A DNA stretch of 64,000 bases. It comes from Anaeromyxobacteraceae bacterium (GTDB taxonomy: Bacteria; Myxococcota; Myxococcia; Myxococcales; Anaeromyxobacteraceae). The stretch's first letter is position 1. Each line of letters opens with the position of its first letter. Below, piece by piece: positions 39,201 to 49,739 of the stretch. Below the pieces are notes generated by a model. It saw only the letters and a list, made by a program, of their open reading frames with translations, did not search any database and had not been told where the DNA came from. Position numbers and translations under genes: made by a program. Where the stretch lies: positions 896,001 to 960,000 of the forward strand of contig JASGHJ010000002.1 of assembly GCA_047602405.1 (NCBI GenBank), in the 5' to 3' direction.

Positions 39201-39884
39201 ATGTCCCTTTCCCGTTCCATCCTTCTTCCCCTCTCCGCGGCCCTCGCCGTCGCCGCCTGCTCGAGCGAGCCGGCGAAGTCCGGCGACCAGGATTGCCGCG
39301 GCTGCCACGGCGCGAGCGCGAGCGGCGCGCCGTCCGACGCGGCGCACACGCTCCACCTCGCCGGCGGCGCGTTCGCGCGGCCGGTGGCCTGCGCCGAGTG
39401 CCACACGCTCCCGCCGGGCGGCCAGCACCAGGACGGCACCGTCCAGGTGACCTTCGGCGCGTTCGCCTCGAAGGGCGGCCGCGCTCCCCAGTTCAGCGGG
39501 AACAGCTGCTCCGGCGTCTACTGCCACGGCTCCTCCGTGGTGGTCTGGACGCGCGTCGACGGCAGCCAGACCACCTGCGCCGGCTGCCACGGCGACCCTC
39601 CGTCGACCGGGGGCCACCCCCAGGTCGCGGCGGCCTACTGCGTGGGCTGCCACGCGGCGACGGTCACCTCCGCGGGCGCGCTCGTGGCGGGCGGGACGCA
39701 CCACCTCGACGGCTCCGTGGACGCGACCGCGTTCTCGCACCCCGGGAGCTGGCTCGCGGGCCACCAGCCCGCCGCGCTCTCCGACGCCGGGGCGGCGTGC
39801 AAGCCCTGCCACGGCGCCGACTTGAAGGGCGGGACCTCCGGCAAGTCCTGCTGGAGCTGCCACCCCACCGGCCCGCCGGTGTAG
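39201..39884 (+). CDS. Multiheme cytochrome c lipoprotein (six CxxCH plus one CxxxxCH)
   Basis: CRGCH, CAECH, CSGVYCH, CAGCH, CVGCH, CKPCH and CWSCH; lipobox VAAC. Confidence 0.9.
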   Translation: MSLSRSILLPLSAALAVAACSSEPAKSGDQDCRGCHGASASGAPSDAAHTLHLAGGAFARPVACAECHTLPPGGQHQDGTVQVTFGAFASKGGRAPQFSGNSCSGVYCHGSSVVVWTRVDGSQTTCAGCHGDPPSTGGHPQVAAAYCVGCHAATVTSAGALVAGGTHHLDGSVDATAFSHPGSWLAGHQPAALSDAGAACKPCHGADLKGGTSGKSCWSCHPTGPPV

Positions 39885-40012
39885 CGGTCTTCCCTGGGTC
39901 CGGCTGGCCTCGCCTCGCGGCGGGCCACGCCGGACCCGGGCGCCTCCGGCGCGGTGGGCCTGCGCGCCGGGTTCCCTTTACGGAGCCGGGCCTCCCGGCG
40001 ATATTGCGCGCG

Positions 40013-41347
40013 ATGAATGCGTCCGCCACAGCCCACGCGGAGTTCCGTCCCGCCTTCGAGCCCAGGGGCCGGGAGGAGGCGTTCGCGGACGCGTGGCGTC
40101 GGACCCGGCGCTGGGTCTACGTGGCGTGCGACGCGGCGCACCTCCTCCTCGGCGTCCTGCTGTGGGCCGACGGCTACCCCACCTGGCGCGTCGCCACCTA
40201 CGGGCTGGCGCTCGCCGTGAGCGTGGCGCTCCACGTCTGGGTGGAGCTCCCCGCCGCCCGGGCCCGGGAGGCGTCGGGCGACGGCTCGCGGCGCGCCGGC
40301 GCGGAGCGGCTCTGGCTCGCGGCGATGCTGCTCGAGATCGCGGTGACCGGCGGGGTGCGCAGCCCGCTTTTCCCGTCCAACGTCGCCGCCATCCCGCTCA
40401 ACGTGCAGCAGTTCGGCTGGCGCCGCGGGGCGGGGGCGAGCTCGCTCGCGATCCTGGGGTGCGCGGTGGCCTTCCTGGTCGCGCCGGCCGCCTGGACCGG
40501 GCCCACCGTGCCGGGCGCGACCTACTGGCTCGTCCTCGCGAGCGCCGTGCTCGCCACCGGCGGGACCTCGCTGCACTACCGCGCGCTGCTCGCCCGCGTG
40601 GCCGACGAGAGCGTGCGGGACGCGCTCCGCGCCCGGGAGACCGCCGCCGACCAGGCGATCGCCCGCGCCCGGGAGCTCGAGCAGCTCGGCGCGAAGATCT
40701 CGCACGAGCTCAAGAACCCGCTCAGCGCGGTGAAGACCCTCGTGCAGGTGAGCGCGCGCGGGACGACCGACTCCGCGATGCGGGAGCGGCTGGAGGTGGT
40801 GGAGCGGGAGGTGAAGCGCATGGAGCACACCCTGCGCCACTACCTGACGTTCTCCTCGCCGGCCGACCGGCTGGACCGCGCGCCGCTCGCCCTCTCCGCC
40901 GTGGTCGACGACGTGCTCTCCCTGCTCTCGGGCCGGGCCCGCGAGGCCGGGATCGCGCTCGAGCGCCGGGGCGACGTGGAGGTCGAGGCGGACGCGCGGC
41001 GGCTCTCCGACGCCGTGCTCAACCTCGTCGCGAACGCGGTCGAGGCGTCAGCGCCCGGCGGCCGGGTCACCGTCGAGCTCTCCGCGGAGGGCGACGCCGC
41101 GCGGATCGCGGTCCGCGACACCGGGCGCGGCATGGCGCGGGACGTGCTCGAGCGCATCGGCACCCCCTTCTTCACGACCCGCTCGGAGGGCACCGGCCTC
41201 GGCGTGGCGCTGGCCCGGGCGGCGTTCGTCCAGCACGGCGGCGCGCTCACGTACCAGAGCGCGCCCGGGGAGGGGACGCTGGCCGCGGCGACGTTCCCGG
41301 CGCGGACAGGGAGGACCGGCGATGGCGCGCGTGCTCGTGGTGGATGA
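40013..41347 (+). CDS. Membrane sensor histidine kinase
   Basis: Several TM helices; H box 'SHELKNPL', N box 'NLVANA', 'DTGRG' and 'GTGLG'. Confidence 0.92.
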   Translation: MNASATAHAEFRPAFEPRGREEAFADAWRRTRRWVYVACDAAHLLLGVLLWADGYPTWRVATYGLALAVSVALHVWVELPAARAREASGDGSRRAGAERLWLAAMLLEIAVTGGVRSPLFPSNVAAIPLNVQQFGWRRGAGASSLAILGCAVAFLVAPAAWTGPTVPGATYWLVLASAVLATGGTSLHYRALLARVADESVRDALRARETAADQAIARARELEQLGAKISHELKNPLSAVKTLVQVSARGTTDSAMRERLEVVEREVKRMEHTLRHYLTFSSPADRLDRAPLALSAVVDDVLSLLSGRAREAGIALERRGDVEVEADARRLSDAVLNLVANAVEASAPGGRVTVELSAEGDAARIAVRDTGRGMARDVLERIGTPFFTTRSEGTGLGVALARAAFVQHGGALTYQSAPGEGTLAAATFPARTGRTGDGARARGG

Positions 41348-42686
41348 CGAGCCGGGGCTGGCGTACGCCATGGAGACGCTGCTCGGCTCGCTCGGCCACG
41401 AGCCCGTCGTGGCGAGCTCGGGCGAGCGCGCCCTCGAGCTCGCGGACCGCGCGGACCTCGTGATCACCGACTTCGCCATGCCCGGCATGGACGGGCTGTC
41501 GCTGCTGGAGGCGCTGCGGCGCCGGGACGCCGCGTTGCCGGTGGTGCTCGTGACCGCGCACGGCTCCGAGCAGACCGCCGTGCGCGCCATGAAGGGCGGC
41601 GCCTACGACTACGTGACGAAGCCCTTCGAGCTCGAGGACATGGCGGCGGTGGTCGAGCGCGCCCTCGAGGCCCGGACGCTCCGGCTCGAGAACCGGCTGC
41701 TCTCCGCCGAGCGCTCCATCGGCCGCGCGATCGTGGGCGAGTCGACGGCGATGCGGCGCCTGCTCGACGCGGCCGTCCGGGTCGCGCCCCGCGACCTCAC
41801 GGTGCTCGTCCGGGGCGAGACCGGCACGGGCAAGGAGCTCGTGACGGAGCTCGTGCACGCCCAGAGCCGGCGGGCGCGCGGCCCCCTCGTCCGCTTCAAC
41901 TGCGCGGCGCTCCCGGGCGAGCTCGCCGAGGCCGAGCTGTTCGGCCACGTGCGGGGAGCCTTCACCGGCGCGGTCCAGGCGCGCCCCGGGTACTTCGCGC
42001 AGGCCGACGGCGGGACCCTGGTGCTCGACGAGGTGGGCGAGCTGCCGCCGCCGGTGCAGGCGAAGCTCCTGCGGGCCCTGCAGTCCGGGGAGATCCAGAC
42101 GGTGGGCGCGAGCCGGGTGGACCGGGTGGACGTCCGCGTCATCGCCTGCACGAACCGCGACCTCGCCGCGGAGGTCGCCGCCGGCCGGTTCCGGGCGGAC
42201 CTCTACTACCGGCTCGCGGTGGTCGAGCTGTACGTCCCGCCGCTCCGGGAGCGGCGCGAGGACATCCCGGCCCTCGCGCTCGAGTTCGCGCGCCGGTACC
42301 GCCAGCAGTTCGCGGCGGACGACGTCCGGCTCGGGCCGGAGCTGCTCCAGGCGCTCCGGCACGCCGAGTGGCCGGGCAACGTGCGGCAGCTCGAGAACGT
42401 GGTCGCGCGGCTCATCGCGCTCGCGCCGCCGGGCGAGGTGGGGGTGGACGCCATCACCACCGACATCGTGCCGTCGCGGGGGGAGCCGGAGGCGGAGCCC
42501 GAGGACGTGGACCTCCTCCCGGGCGGCGGGCTGTCGCTCCGGACCCACCTCGAGGCCGTGGAGCGCGGCCTCGTGGTACGTACGCTCGCGGCCACGGGCG
42601 GGAACCAGTCCGAGGCCGCGCGGCGGCTGGGGGTGAGCCGCACCACCCTCATCGACCGGATGAAGAAGTACGGCGTGACGACATGA
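41322..42686 (+). CDS. Sigma54-dependent response regulator (NtrC family)
   Basis: REC domain, 'GETGTGKE', 'GAFTGA' and Fis-type HTH. Confidence 0.95.
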   Translation: MARVLVVDDEPGLAYAMETLLGSLGHEPVVASSGERALELADRADLVITDFAMPGMDGLSLLEALRRRDAALPVVLVTAHGSEQTAVRAMKGGAYDYVTKPFELEDMAAVVERALEARTLRLENRLLSAERSIGRAIVGESTAMRRLLDAAVRVAPRDLTVLVRGETGTGKELVTELVHAQSRRARGPLVRFNCAALPGELAEAELFGHVRGAFTGAVQARPGYFAQADGGTLVLDEVGELPPPVQAKLLRALQSGEIQTVGASRVDRVDVRVIACTNRDLAAEVAAGRFRADLYYRLAVVELYVPPLRERREDIPALALEFARRYRQQFAADDVRLGPELLQALRHAEWPGNVRQLENVVARLIALAPPGEVGVDAITTDIVPSRGEPEAEPEDVDLLPGGGLSLRTHLEAVERGLVVRTLAATGGNQSEAARRLGVSRTTLIDRMKKYGVTT

Positions 42687-42768
42687 CAGAACCCCCCGAA
42701 AAGGCTAGGATTCCGACCGCCATGACCCGCGAGCCGTCCAGCGCGAGCGCCTCCACCGGGAGCGCGCC

Positions 42769-44088
42769 TTGAAGAAGCTCACCCCCCGCGATCAGGGTGC
42801 GGTGGAGCGCGTCGAGCACGCGATCCACGCCCTGCGCCTCGGGAAGATGATCATCCTCACCGACGACGAGGACCGCGAGAACGAGGGCGACCTCTGCCTC
42901 GCGGCCGAGAAGGTCACGCCCGCGGCCGTGAACTTCATGGCGAAGCACGGGCGCGGGCTCGTGTGCCTCTCGCTCACCGAGGAGAAGGTCCGCGCCCTGC
43001 GCCTGCCGCTCATGGTGGACGAGACCGCCAACACCTCCTCCTTCGGCACCGCCTTCACCGTCTCCATCGAGGCGCGGGAGGGCGTCTCGACCGGCATCAG
43101 CGCGAAGGACCGCGCCCACACCATCCTCACCGCGGTGAGGGACGACACCCGCCCCGAGGATCTCGCCCGGCCCGGGCACGTCTTCCCCCTGCGCGCGCGG
43201 CGGGGCGGGGTGCTCGTGCGCGCCGGCCAGACCGAGGGCTCGGTGGACCTCGCGCGGCTCGCGGGGCTGAAGCCCGCCGCCGTCATCTGCGAGGTCATGA
43301 AGGAGGACGGTACCATGGCGCGGCGGCCCGAGCTCGTCCGGCTCGCGCGGCGCCACGGCCTCCCGCTCGTCTCGGTGGCGGACCTCATCCGCTACCGGAT
43401 GCTGAAGGACACGCTCGTGCGGCGCGCCTCCGAGGCCCCGCTGCCCACCCAGTACGGCGAGTTCCGGGCGGTCGCCTACGAGAACGACGTCGACTCGCAC
43501 CAGCACGTCGCCCTCGTGAAGGGGCGCTGGCGCGCCGGCGAGCCGGTCCTCGTGCGCGTCCACTCGAAGTGCCTCACCGGCGACGTGTTCGCGAGCGAGC
43601 GCTGCGACTGCGGCCCCCAGCTCCACGCCGCGCTCGAGCAGATCGAGCGCGCCGGGAAGGGCATCCTGCTCTACCTGGACCAGGAGGGGCGCGGGATCGG
43701 CCTCGCCAACAAGCTGAAGGCGTACAACCTGCAGGACCAGGGCTACGACACCGCGGAGGCGAACGTCCGGCTGGGCTTCAAGCCGGACCTGCGCGACTAC
43801 GGCATCGGGGCCCAGATCCTGCGCGACCTGGGGGCGCGCCGCATGCGCCTCCTCACCAACAACCCGAAGAAGATCGTCGGGCTCGAGGGGTACGGCCTCG
43901 AGGTCGTGGAGCGCGTGCCGATCGAGATGCCGGCCGGGCCCCGCAACCGAGCCTACCTCGTCACGAAACGCGACAAGATGGGCCACCTGCTCACGCTCGC
44001 CTCCGCGGCGCCCGGCGCCGCCGGGCGCGTGAAGCCGGGCGCCGCGGCGAAGGTCCGGCCCGCCACGCGGGGAGGGAAGAGAACATGA
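42769..44088 (+). CDS. ribBA: Bifunctional DHBP synthase / GTP cyclohydrolase II
   Basis: '[10 protein letters not shown]', '[10 protein letters not shown]...RCDCG' and 'LTNNPKK'. Confidence 0.96.
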   Translation: MKKLTPRDQGAVERVEHAIHALRLGKMIILTDDEDRENEGDLCLAAEKVTPAAVNFMAKHGRGLVCLSLTEEKVRALRLPLMVDETANTSSFGTAFTVSIEAREGVSTGISAKDRAHTILTAVRDDTRPEDLARPGHVFPLRARRGGVLVRAGQTEGSVDLARLAGLKPAAVICEVMKEDGTMARRPELVRLARRHGLPLVSVADLIRYRMLKDTLVRRASEAPLPTQYGEFRAVAYENDVDSHQHVALVKGRWRAGEPVLVRVHSKCLTGDVFASERCDCGPQLHAALEQIERAGKGILLYLDQEGRGIGLANKLKAYNLQDQGYDTAEANVRLGFKPDLRDYGIGAQILRDLGARRMRLLTNNPKKIVGLEGYGLEVVERVPIEMPAGPRNRAYLVTKRDKMGHLLTLASAAPGAAGRVKPGAAAKVRPATRGGKRT

Positions 44089-44588
44089 ACGTCCACGAGG
44101 GCTCGCTCGTCGGGACGGGGCTGAAGGTGGCCCTGGTGGTGTCCCGCTTCAACTCGCTCGTCACCGAGGCGCTGCTCGGCGGCGCCACCGACGCCCTGCG
44201 CCGCCACGGCGTGAAGGACGGCGACGTCGAGGTCTTCCGGTGCCCCGGCACCTTCGAGATGGGCCCGCTCGTGCGGCGCGCCGCCTCGAGCGGCCGGTTC
44301 GACGCGGTGGTGGCGCTCGGCTGCATCGTCCGCGGCGGCACGCCCCACTTCGAGTACGTCTCCGCCGAGGCCGTGAAGGCCGTGGCCCAGGTGGCGATGG
44401 AGGCGGACTGCGCCGTGTCGCTCGGCGTCCTCACCACCGACAGCATGGAGCAGGCGCTCGAGCGGGCCGGCATGAAGGCCGGCAACAAGGGCGCCGAGGC
44501 GGCGGTGGCGGCCATCGAGCAGGCGAACGTGCTCCGCTCCTCGGGCCTCGCGCAGGCGGGCAAGCCCTCGCGCGAGAAGGGCGTCTAG
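44085..44588 (+). CDS. ribH: Lumazine synthase
   Basis: 'SRFN', 'PGTFE', '[10 protein letters not shown]' and 'GNKG'. Confidence 0.95.
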   Translation: MNVHEGSLVGTGLKVALVVSRFNSLVTEALLGGATDALRRHGVKDGDVEVFRCPGTFEMGPLVRRAASSGRFDAVVALGCIVRGGTPHFEYVSAEAVKAVAQVAMEADCAVSLGVLTTDSMEQALERAGMKAGNKGAEAAVAAIEQANVLRSSGLAQAGKPSREKGV

Positions 44589-45013
44589 TGACCTCCAGGC
44601 GGACGAAGGCCCGCGAGCGCGCGCTGCAGGCGCTCTACCAGATCGACGTGGCGGCCGAGGGCATCGACGACGCCCTGGCCCGGTTCTGGAAAAGCTTCGA
44701 GCCGGTGGAGCGCGAGGTGATGGACCTGTGCGAGGGGCTGGTGCGCGGCGTGGCGGCCGAGCGCCGGGCCGTCGACCAGGCGATCGAGCAGGTGTCCACC
44801 AACTGGCGCCTCGACCGGATGGCCAAGGTCGACCGGAACGTCCTGCGGCTCGCCGTGTACGAGTTGCTGCGCACGGACGTTCCTGTGAAGGTGGTGATCA
44901 ACGAGGCCATCGAGCTCGGCAAGAAGTACGGCTCCGAGAGCTCGGGCGCCTTCGTGAACGGCGTGCTCGACAAGGTGGCCTCCGGGCTGCCGGCCGGGCG
45001 GCGGGAGAAGTAG
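44588..45013 (+). CDS. nusB: Transcription antitermination factor NusB
   Basis: '[14 protein letters not shown]' and '[13 protein letters not shown]...FVNGVLD'. Confidence 0.95.
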   Translation: MTSRRTKARERALQALYQIDVAAEGIDDALARFWKSFEPVEREVMDLCEGLVRGVAAERRAVDQAIEQVSTNWRLDRMAKVDRNVLRLAVYELLRTDVPVKVVINEAIELGKKYGSESSGAFVNGVLDKVASGLPAGRREK

Positions 45014-45032
45014 GCGCGAGGAGGCAGGGACG

Positions 45033-45614
45033 GTGACGCTCAGGATCGAGGTGGCGGACCTCTCGCTCGCGGCGATCGACGCGCTCGACGTGGACGCGGT
45101 CGCGGTCTTCGTCGGGCCCGACCGGCCGCTGCAGGGCTTCGCCGGCTACCTCGACTGGCGGCTCTGCGGCGCCATCTCCCGGGCCATCCGGGCGGGCACC
45201 TTCGACGGCGCCGACGGCGAGGCGCTGCTCCTCCCGTCCGGCGGCCGCATCGCCCCGCCCCGGGTCTTCTGCTTCGGCCTCGCGGCCGTCGAGCTCGGCC
45301 CCGATCGCTTCCTCTCCGCCTCCCGCGGCGCCTGCGAGGCGATGGTCCGCGCCGGCAGCGAGGCCTTCGCGACCTCCCCGCCCGCGCTCGCCGGCGGCGA
45401 CGCCGCGCTCGCGGCGCGGCTCTGGCTGGAGGCCGCGCTCGTGCGCCCGGCGCGCCGGATGGTGCTCCTCGGCGAGCCGCGCACCTGGCAGCGCGAGCTC
45501 GGGTCGGCGGTCGGCGAGACGGGGGCCGACGTCGAGGTGTACGCGCCGCCCTCCCGCGTCGAGATGCCTCCGCGGGCGCGCGCGTTGCCGCACGTGGGCG
45601 GCGTGGTACGCTGA
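45033..45614 (+). CDS. M17 aminopeptidase N-terminal-like (macro-fold) domain protein
   Basis: 'RPLQGFAGYLDWRLCGAISR...FDG..GEALL'; no catalytic domain. Confidence 0.65.
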   Translation: MTLRIEVADLSLAAIDALDVDAVAVFVGPDRPLQGFAGYLDWRLCGAISRAIRAGTFDGADGEALLLPSGGRIAPPRVFCFGLAAVELGPDRFLSASRGACEAMVRAGSEAFATSPPALAGGDAALAARLWLEAALVRPARRMVLLGEPRTWQRELGSAVGETGADVEVYAPPSRVEMPPRARALPHVGGVVR

Positions 45615-45651
45615 CGGGCGTCCCGGGGGCCCATCCGCCCACCGCCCGCTC

Positions 45652-47790
45652 ATGGCCGATCGCTCCCAGAAGCTCTCCGACTTCCTCTCCGAGGCCCAGG
45701 AGACGATCGACACCCTCGGCAAGGGGCTCATGAACCTCGAGGGCCGCGGGCAGGGCGAGCCCGACCCCGAGGTCCTGAACGGCGTCTTCCGCGCGGCCCA
45801 CACGCTGAAGGGCCTCTCGGCGATGTTCGGCGTCGAGCGCATGACCCGGCTCGCCCACGCGCTCGAGGACGTCCTCGACGACCTGCGCATGGGGCGTCGC
45901 GCGCTCGACCGCGGCACGCTCGACCTGTTGCTCGAGGCCCCCGAGGTCTTCTCCCGCATCATCGCCGAGGAGGCGGAGGGCGTCGCCCCGGCGACCACCG
46001 ACGCCGCGGAGGGGCTCACCGTGCGCCTCCGCGGCAGCGCCGCGAAGGCCGCCCAGGCCGGCGCCGACCCGCTCGACTCGGTGGCCCTCGGCGCGGACGT
46101 CCGCGGTGTCCTCACCGAGTACGAGGAGCACCGCCTCCGCGCGAACCTCCAGCGCGGCGCGGCGCTCCACCGGGTGCGGGTCTCCTTCAGCCTCGAGGAC
46201 TTCGACGCCCGGCTCTCCGATCTCAACGGCCGCCTGAAGCGGATCGGGGAGGTCGTCTCCACGCTGCCGTCGACCGACGCCTCCGACCCGGCCGCCATCG
46301 GGTTCGTGCTGCTCTTCGCGACGAGGGAGGTCACCGCCTCCATCTCGCGCGAGGCGGGGCCCGGGGCGATCGTCGAGCCGGTGCCGAGGGTGGGGGGCGC
46401 CGTCGAGGCGCCCGCGCCCCTCGAGGCGCCGCGCCCGGCCCGCGACCACGCGGCGCCGCCCCCGGAGGCGCCCTCCCGCGCGGCCCCGGCGGCGGAGGGC
46501 GAGCCGCCGTCCCGCGCCGCGCCGCGGCTCTCGCCGACCGGCGAGCCGCCTCAGGAGGAGACGGTCTCCCTCCGCTCCGTGTCGCAGGCGGTGCGGGTCG
46601 ACATCCGCAAGCTCGACAAGCTCATGAGCGTGGTCGGCGAGCTCGTCCTCGTGAAGTCGTCGCTGCTGGCGGTCGCGGAGCGGCTCAAGTCGGAGGGCGG
46701 TGACCCGGTCGTCACCGGCGAGCTCCTGCGCGCGAACCGCAGCCTCGAGCGCAAGCTCGACGAGCTGCAGAACGGCATCCTCGAGGTCCGGATGGTGCCG
46801 CTCGAGCAGATCTTCGACAAGCTCGCGCGCATGGTCCGGAAGACCGCGAGGGACCTCGGCAAGGAGATCGACTTCGAGGTGGCGGGCGGGGACGTCGAGC
46901 TCGACAAGCTCATCGTCGAGGACCTCTCCGATCCGCTCATGCACCTCATCCGCAACGCGATCGATCACGCCATCGAGGCGCCCGACCGCCGCGTGGCCGC
47001 GGGGAAGCCGGCCGCCGGCCGGGTGCGTCTCCTCGCCTCGCAGCGGGGCAACCACGCCGAGATCGTGGTGGAGGACGACGGGGCGGGCATCGACGAGGAG
47101 CGGGTGCGGGAGGTGGCCATCGAGCGCGGCATCGCGACCGCCGAGATGGTGCGCGACATGGGGCGCCGCGACCTCGTGAACCTGATCTTCGCGCCGGGCT
47201 TCTCGACCGCGAAGTCGGTCACCGCGCTCTCCGGCCGCGGCGTCGGCCTCGACGTCGTGAAGAACAACATCTCGAACCTGTCCGGCATCATCGACCTCAC
47301 CACCGAGGCCGGGCGGGGGACGCGCTTCGTCATCACGCTGCCGCTGACGCTCGCGATCATCCGGGCGCTGGTGGCGAGCGTCTCGGGGCGCACCTACGCC
47401 ATCCCGCTCAACAGCGTGCTGGAGATCCTGGAGCTCAGGGCCCGCGACGTGCGCACGCTCTCCACGCGCGAGGTCATCTCGCTGCGCGGCTCGACGCTCC
47501 CGCTGGTGCGGCTCGGCCGGCTCTTCGGCCACGCGGCCGGTCCGCCGCGCGACGTGCTCTACGTGATCGTGGTCGGGCTCGCGCAGCAGCGGGTCGGCAT
47601 CGCGGTGGACGACCTCGTGACCCAGCAGGACATCGTGGTGAAGGCGCTCGGCGCGCAGCTGTCCGGCGTGAAGGGCATCGCGGGCGCGACCGACCTCGGC
47701 AACCGCCAGGCGGTGCTGGTGCTCGACGTCGGCGCGATCATCGAGGAGGTCGTCCAGGGTCCGGACGCGCTCCGCGAGGCGGTCGGGTAG
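45652..47790 (+). CDS. cheA: Chemosensory histidine kinase CheA
   Basis: P1 'FRAAHTLKG', 'HLIRNAIDH', 'SGRGVGLDVV' and C-terminal CheW domain. Confidence 0.95.
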   Translation: MADRSQKLSDFLSEAQETIDTLGKGLMNLEGRGQGEPDPEVLNGVFRAAHTLKGLSAMFGVERMTRLAHALEDVLDDLRMGRRALDRGTLDLLLEAPEVFSRIIAEEAEGVAPATTDAAEGLTVRLRGSAAKAAQAGADPLDSVALGADVRGVLTEYEEHRLRANLQRGAALHRVRVSFSLEDFDARLSDLNGRLKRIGEVVSTLPSTDASDPAAIGFVLLFATREVTASISREAGPGAIVEPVPRVGGAVEAPAPLEAPRPARDHAAPPPEAPSRAAPAAEGEPPSRAAPRLSPTGEPPQEETVSLRSVSQAVRVDIRKLDKLMSVVGELVLVKSSLLAVAERLKSEGGDPVVTGELLRANRSLERKLDELQNGILEVRMVPLEQIFDKLARMVRKTARDLGKEIDFEVAGGDVELDKLIVEDLSDPLMHLIRNAIDHAIEAPDRRVAAGKPAAGRVRLLASQRGNHAEIVVEDDGAGIDEERVREVAIERGIATAEMVRDMGRRDLVNLIFAPGFSTAKSVTALSGRGVGLDVVKNNISNLSGIIDLTTEAGRGTRFVITLPLTLAIIRALVASVSGRTYAIPLNSVLEILELRARDVRTLSTREVISLRGSTLPLVRLGRLFGHAAGPPRDVLYVIVVGLAQQRVGIAVDDLVTQQDIVVKALGAQLSGVKGIAGATDLGNRQAVLVLDVGAIIEEVVQGPDALREAVG

Positions 47791-47799
47791 GGCGCCCGG

Positions 47800-48624
47800 G
47801 TGTACCTCGAGCACTACGGCCTCCTCCGGAAGCCCTTCGGGAAGACGCCCGACCCGGAGTTCATGTTCCCGTCGCGCCAGCACGCCGAGGCGCTCGCCCG
47901 GCTCTCGCACGCGGTCGAGGAGCGCGAGATCGCGGTCCTGACCGGCGAGGTCGGCGCCGGCAAGACCATGCTCACCCGCGCGCTCGTCGATGCCTTCGCC
48001 GACCGCTGCCGGTTCAGCTTCGTCGTGAACCCGGCCCTGCCGCCGGCCCAGCTCCTCGGGGCGGTGGCCGAGGGCTTCGGCCTCGCGAACCCGAGGCGGA
48101 AGGCCGACGCCTTCTCGGCCGTCGCCGAGCACGTGGCGCGGGTCGACGAGCAGGGGCACTTTGCGGTGGTGGTCGTCGACGAGGCCCAGCTCCTCGCCGG
48201 GCGGGGCGCCTTCGACGAGCTCCGCCTGCTCACCAACGTCTGCGCCGACGACCGCGCGCTCGTGGGGCTCGTCCTCGTGGGGCAGCCCGAGCTGAGGGAC
48301 CGGATCGCCGACCGGGGGGGCGCCGCCTTCGCCCAGCGGGTGGGGGTCGCCTACCACCTCGGGCCCCTCGACGCCGAGGAGACCTCCCGCTACGTGACCC
48401 ACCGCCTCGCGGTGGCCGGCCGGACCCGTCCGCTCTTCACGCCCGACGGGCTCGCCGCGCTGCACCGCGTCTCGGGCGGCGTTCCACGGGTCGTCAACCA
48501 GTACGCCGCCTCGGCGCTCCTCGAGGGCTTCGCCCGGGACGCCGATATCCTGTCGGCGGATGTGGTCGAGGCGGCCGCGCAGGATCTCGCCGCGCAGTTG
48601 GGCCCGGCCGTTCGGGCGCGGTAG
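47800..48624 (+). CDS. ExeA/GspA-like AAA ATPase
   Basis: 'YLEHYGL..KPF..TPDP.F', 'GEVGAGKT', 'VVDEAQ', 'LVGQPEL' and 'SGGVPRVVN'. Confidence 0.88.
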   Translation: MYLEHYGLLRKPFGKTPDPEFMFPSRQHAEALARLSHAVEEREIAVLTGEVGAGKTMLTRALVDAFADRCRFSFVVNPALPPAQLLGAVAEGFGLANPRRKADAFSAVAEHVARVDEQGHFAVVVVDEAQLLAGRGAFDELRLLTNVCADDRALVGLVLVGQPELRDRIADRGGAAFAQRVGVAYHLGPLDAEETSRYVTHRLAVAGRTRPLFTPDGLAALHRVSGGVPRVVNQYAASALLEGFARDADILSADVVEAAAQDLAAQLGPAVRAR

Positions 48625-48647
48625 ACTCGCGCGACGGCGGGCCATCC

Positions 48648-49739
48648 GTGGACTTCCTGCGCATCCGCGACAAGGCGAAGAAGGCGAAGGCCGCCTCGGA
48701 GGCGAAGCCGGCGGAGGCGCCCGTGGCGGCGTCGTCGCCGGAGCCGGTCGCGACCGCCGCCCGGCCGCCGCCCGCGCCGCCCGAGCCGCTCCCGGCCGCC
48801 CCGCCGCCGGCGCCCGCGCCCGCCGTCGAGGACGGCTGGAACCTCGCCGCCCCGCCGCCCCTGATCCCCGTGCAGCCGGCGAGCGAGGTCGACGCCCTCG
48901 AGGGCGCGCTCGCGGCCCGCCTCCAGGGGTTGCCGCCCGCGGGCACCGCCGTCCACTTCGCGACCTGGCGTCCCGGCGCCGGCGCGCCGCCCGACGTGCC
49001 GGCCGGGCAGGCCCCGGCGTCCGACCCGCTCACCCCCTCCGACTTCCAGTTCGTCCGCCCGCCGCAGACCTCCGCGCGGGAGCCCTTCCAGCCGCCGCTC
49101 CGCGCGCCGCCGCCCGTCGATCCCGACCCGTTGCCCGCCGCGATCGTCCCGCCGCGGCCGCCGGCGGCCGACCCGCTCGACGAGTTCCTGTACCGGGACG
49201 ACGAGGACGCGCCGGCGGTGCCCGGCTTCGAGGGCGCGCTCGAGGAGGCCGCCCGCCCCGCCGCCGCCGACGTCCGGGAGGAGTACATCACCTTCCTGCT
49301 CGGCGCCGAGGAGTACGCCGTGGCCATCGAGCGCGTGCGCGAGGTGCTCCGCTGCCCGCCCCTCACCGAGGTGCCGCGCGCGCCGAACCACGTGCGCGGG
49401 GTGGTGTCGGTGCGCGGCGAGGTGGTGGCGGTCGTCGAGCCGCGGCGCCGGCTCGGGCTGCCCGACGCGGAGCGCGCGCCGGAGAGCTCGCGCCTGCTCG
49501 TGGTGGACGTGGGCGACGGCCCGGTGGGCCTGCTCGTCGACGCCGTGTCGAGCGTGGTCCGCCTCAAGCCCGGCAGCATCGAGCCGTGCCCGCAGGGCAT
49601 CGGCGGGGCGAGCCAGGAGTTCCTCGCCGGCATCGGGCGCGAGGCGGACCGCCTCTTCACCGTGCTCGATCTCGGCGCGCTGCTGCGGCGCTCGGCCGCG
49701 CTCCGCCGCCGCCCCGAGGGAGCGCCACGTGCCGGCTGA
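48648..49739 (+). CDS. cheW: CheW with long Pro/Ala-rich N-terminal extension
   Basis: C-terminal 'TFLLGAEEYAV...VPRAPNHVRGVVSVRGEV'. Confidence 0.88.
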   Translation: MDFLRIRDKAKKAKAASEAKPAEAPVAASSPEPVATAARPPPAPPEPLPAAPPPAPAPAVEDGWNLAAPPPLIPVQPASEVDALEGALAARLQGLPPAGTAVHFATWRPGAGAPPDVPAGQAPASDPLTPSDFQFVRPPQTSAREPFQPPLRAPPPVDPDPLPAAIVPPRPPAADPLDEFLYRDDEDAPAVPGFEGALEEAARPAAADVREEYITFLLGAEEYAVAIERVREVLRCPPLTEVPRAPNHVRGVVSVRGEVVAVVEPRRRLGLPDAERAPESSRLLVVDVGDGPVGLLVDAVSSVVRLKPGSIEPCPQGIGGASQEFLAGIGREADRLFTVLDLGALLRRSAALRRRPEGAPRAG

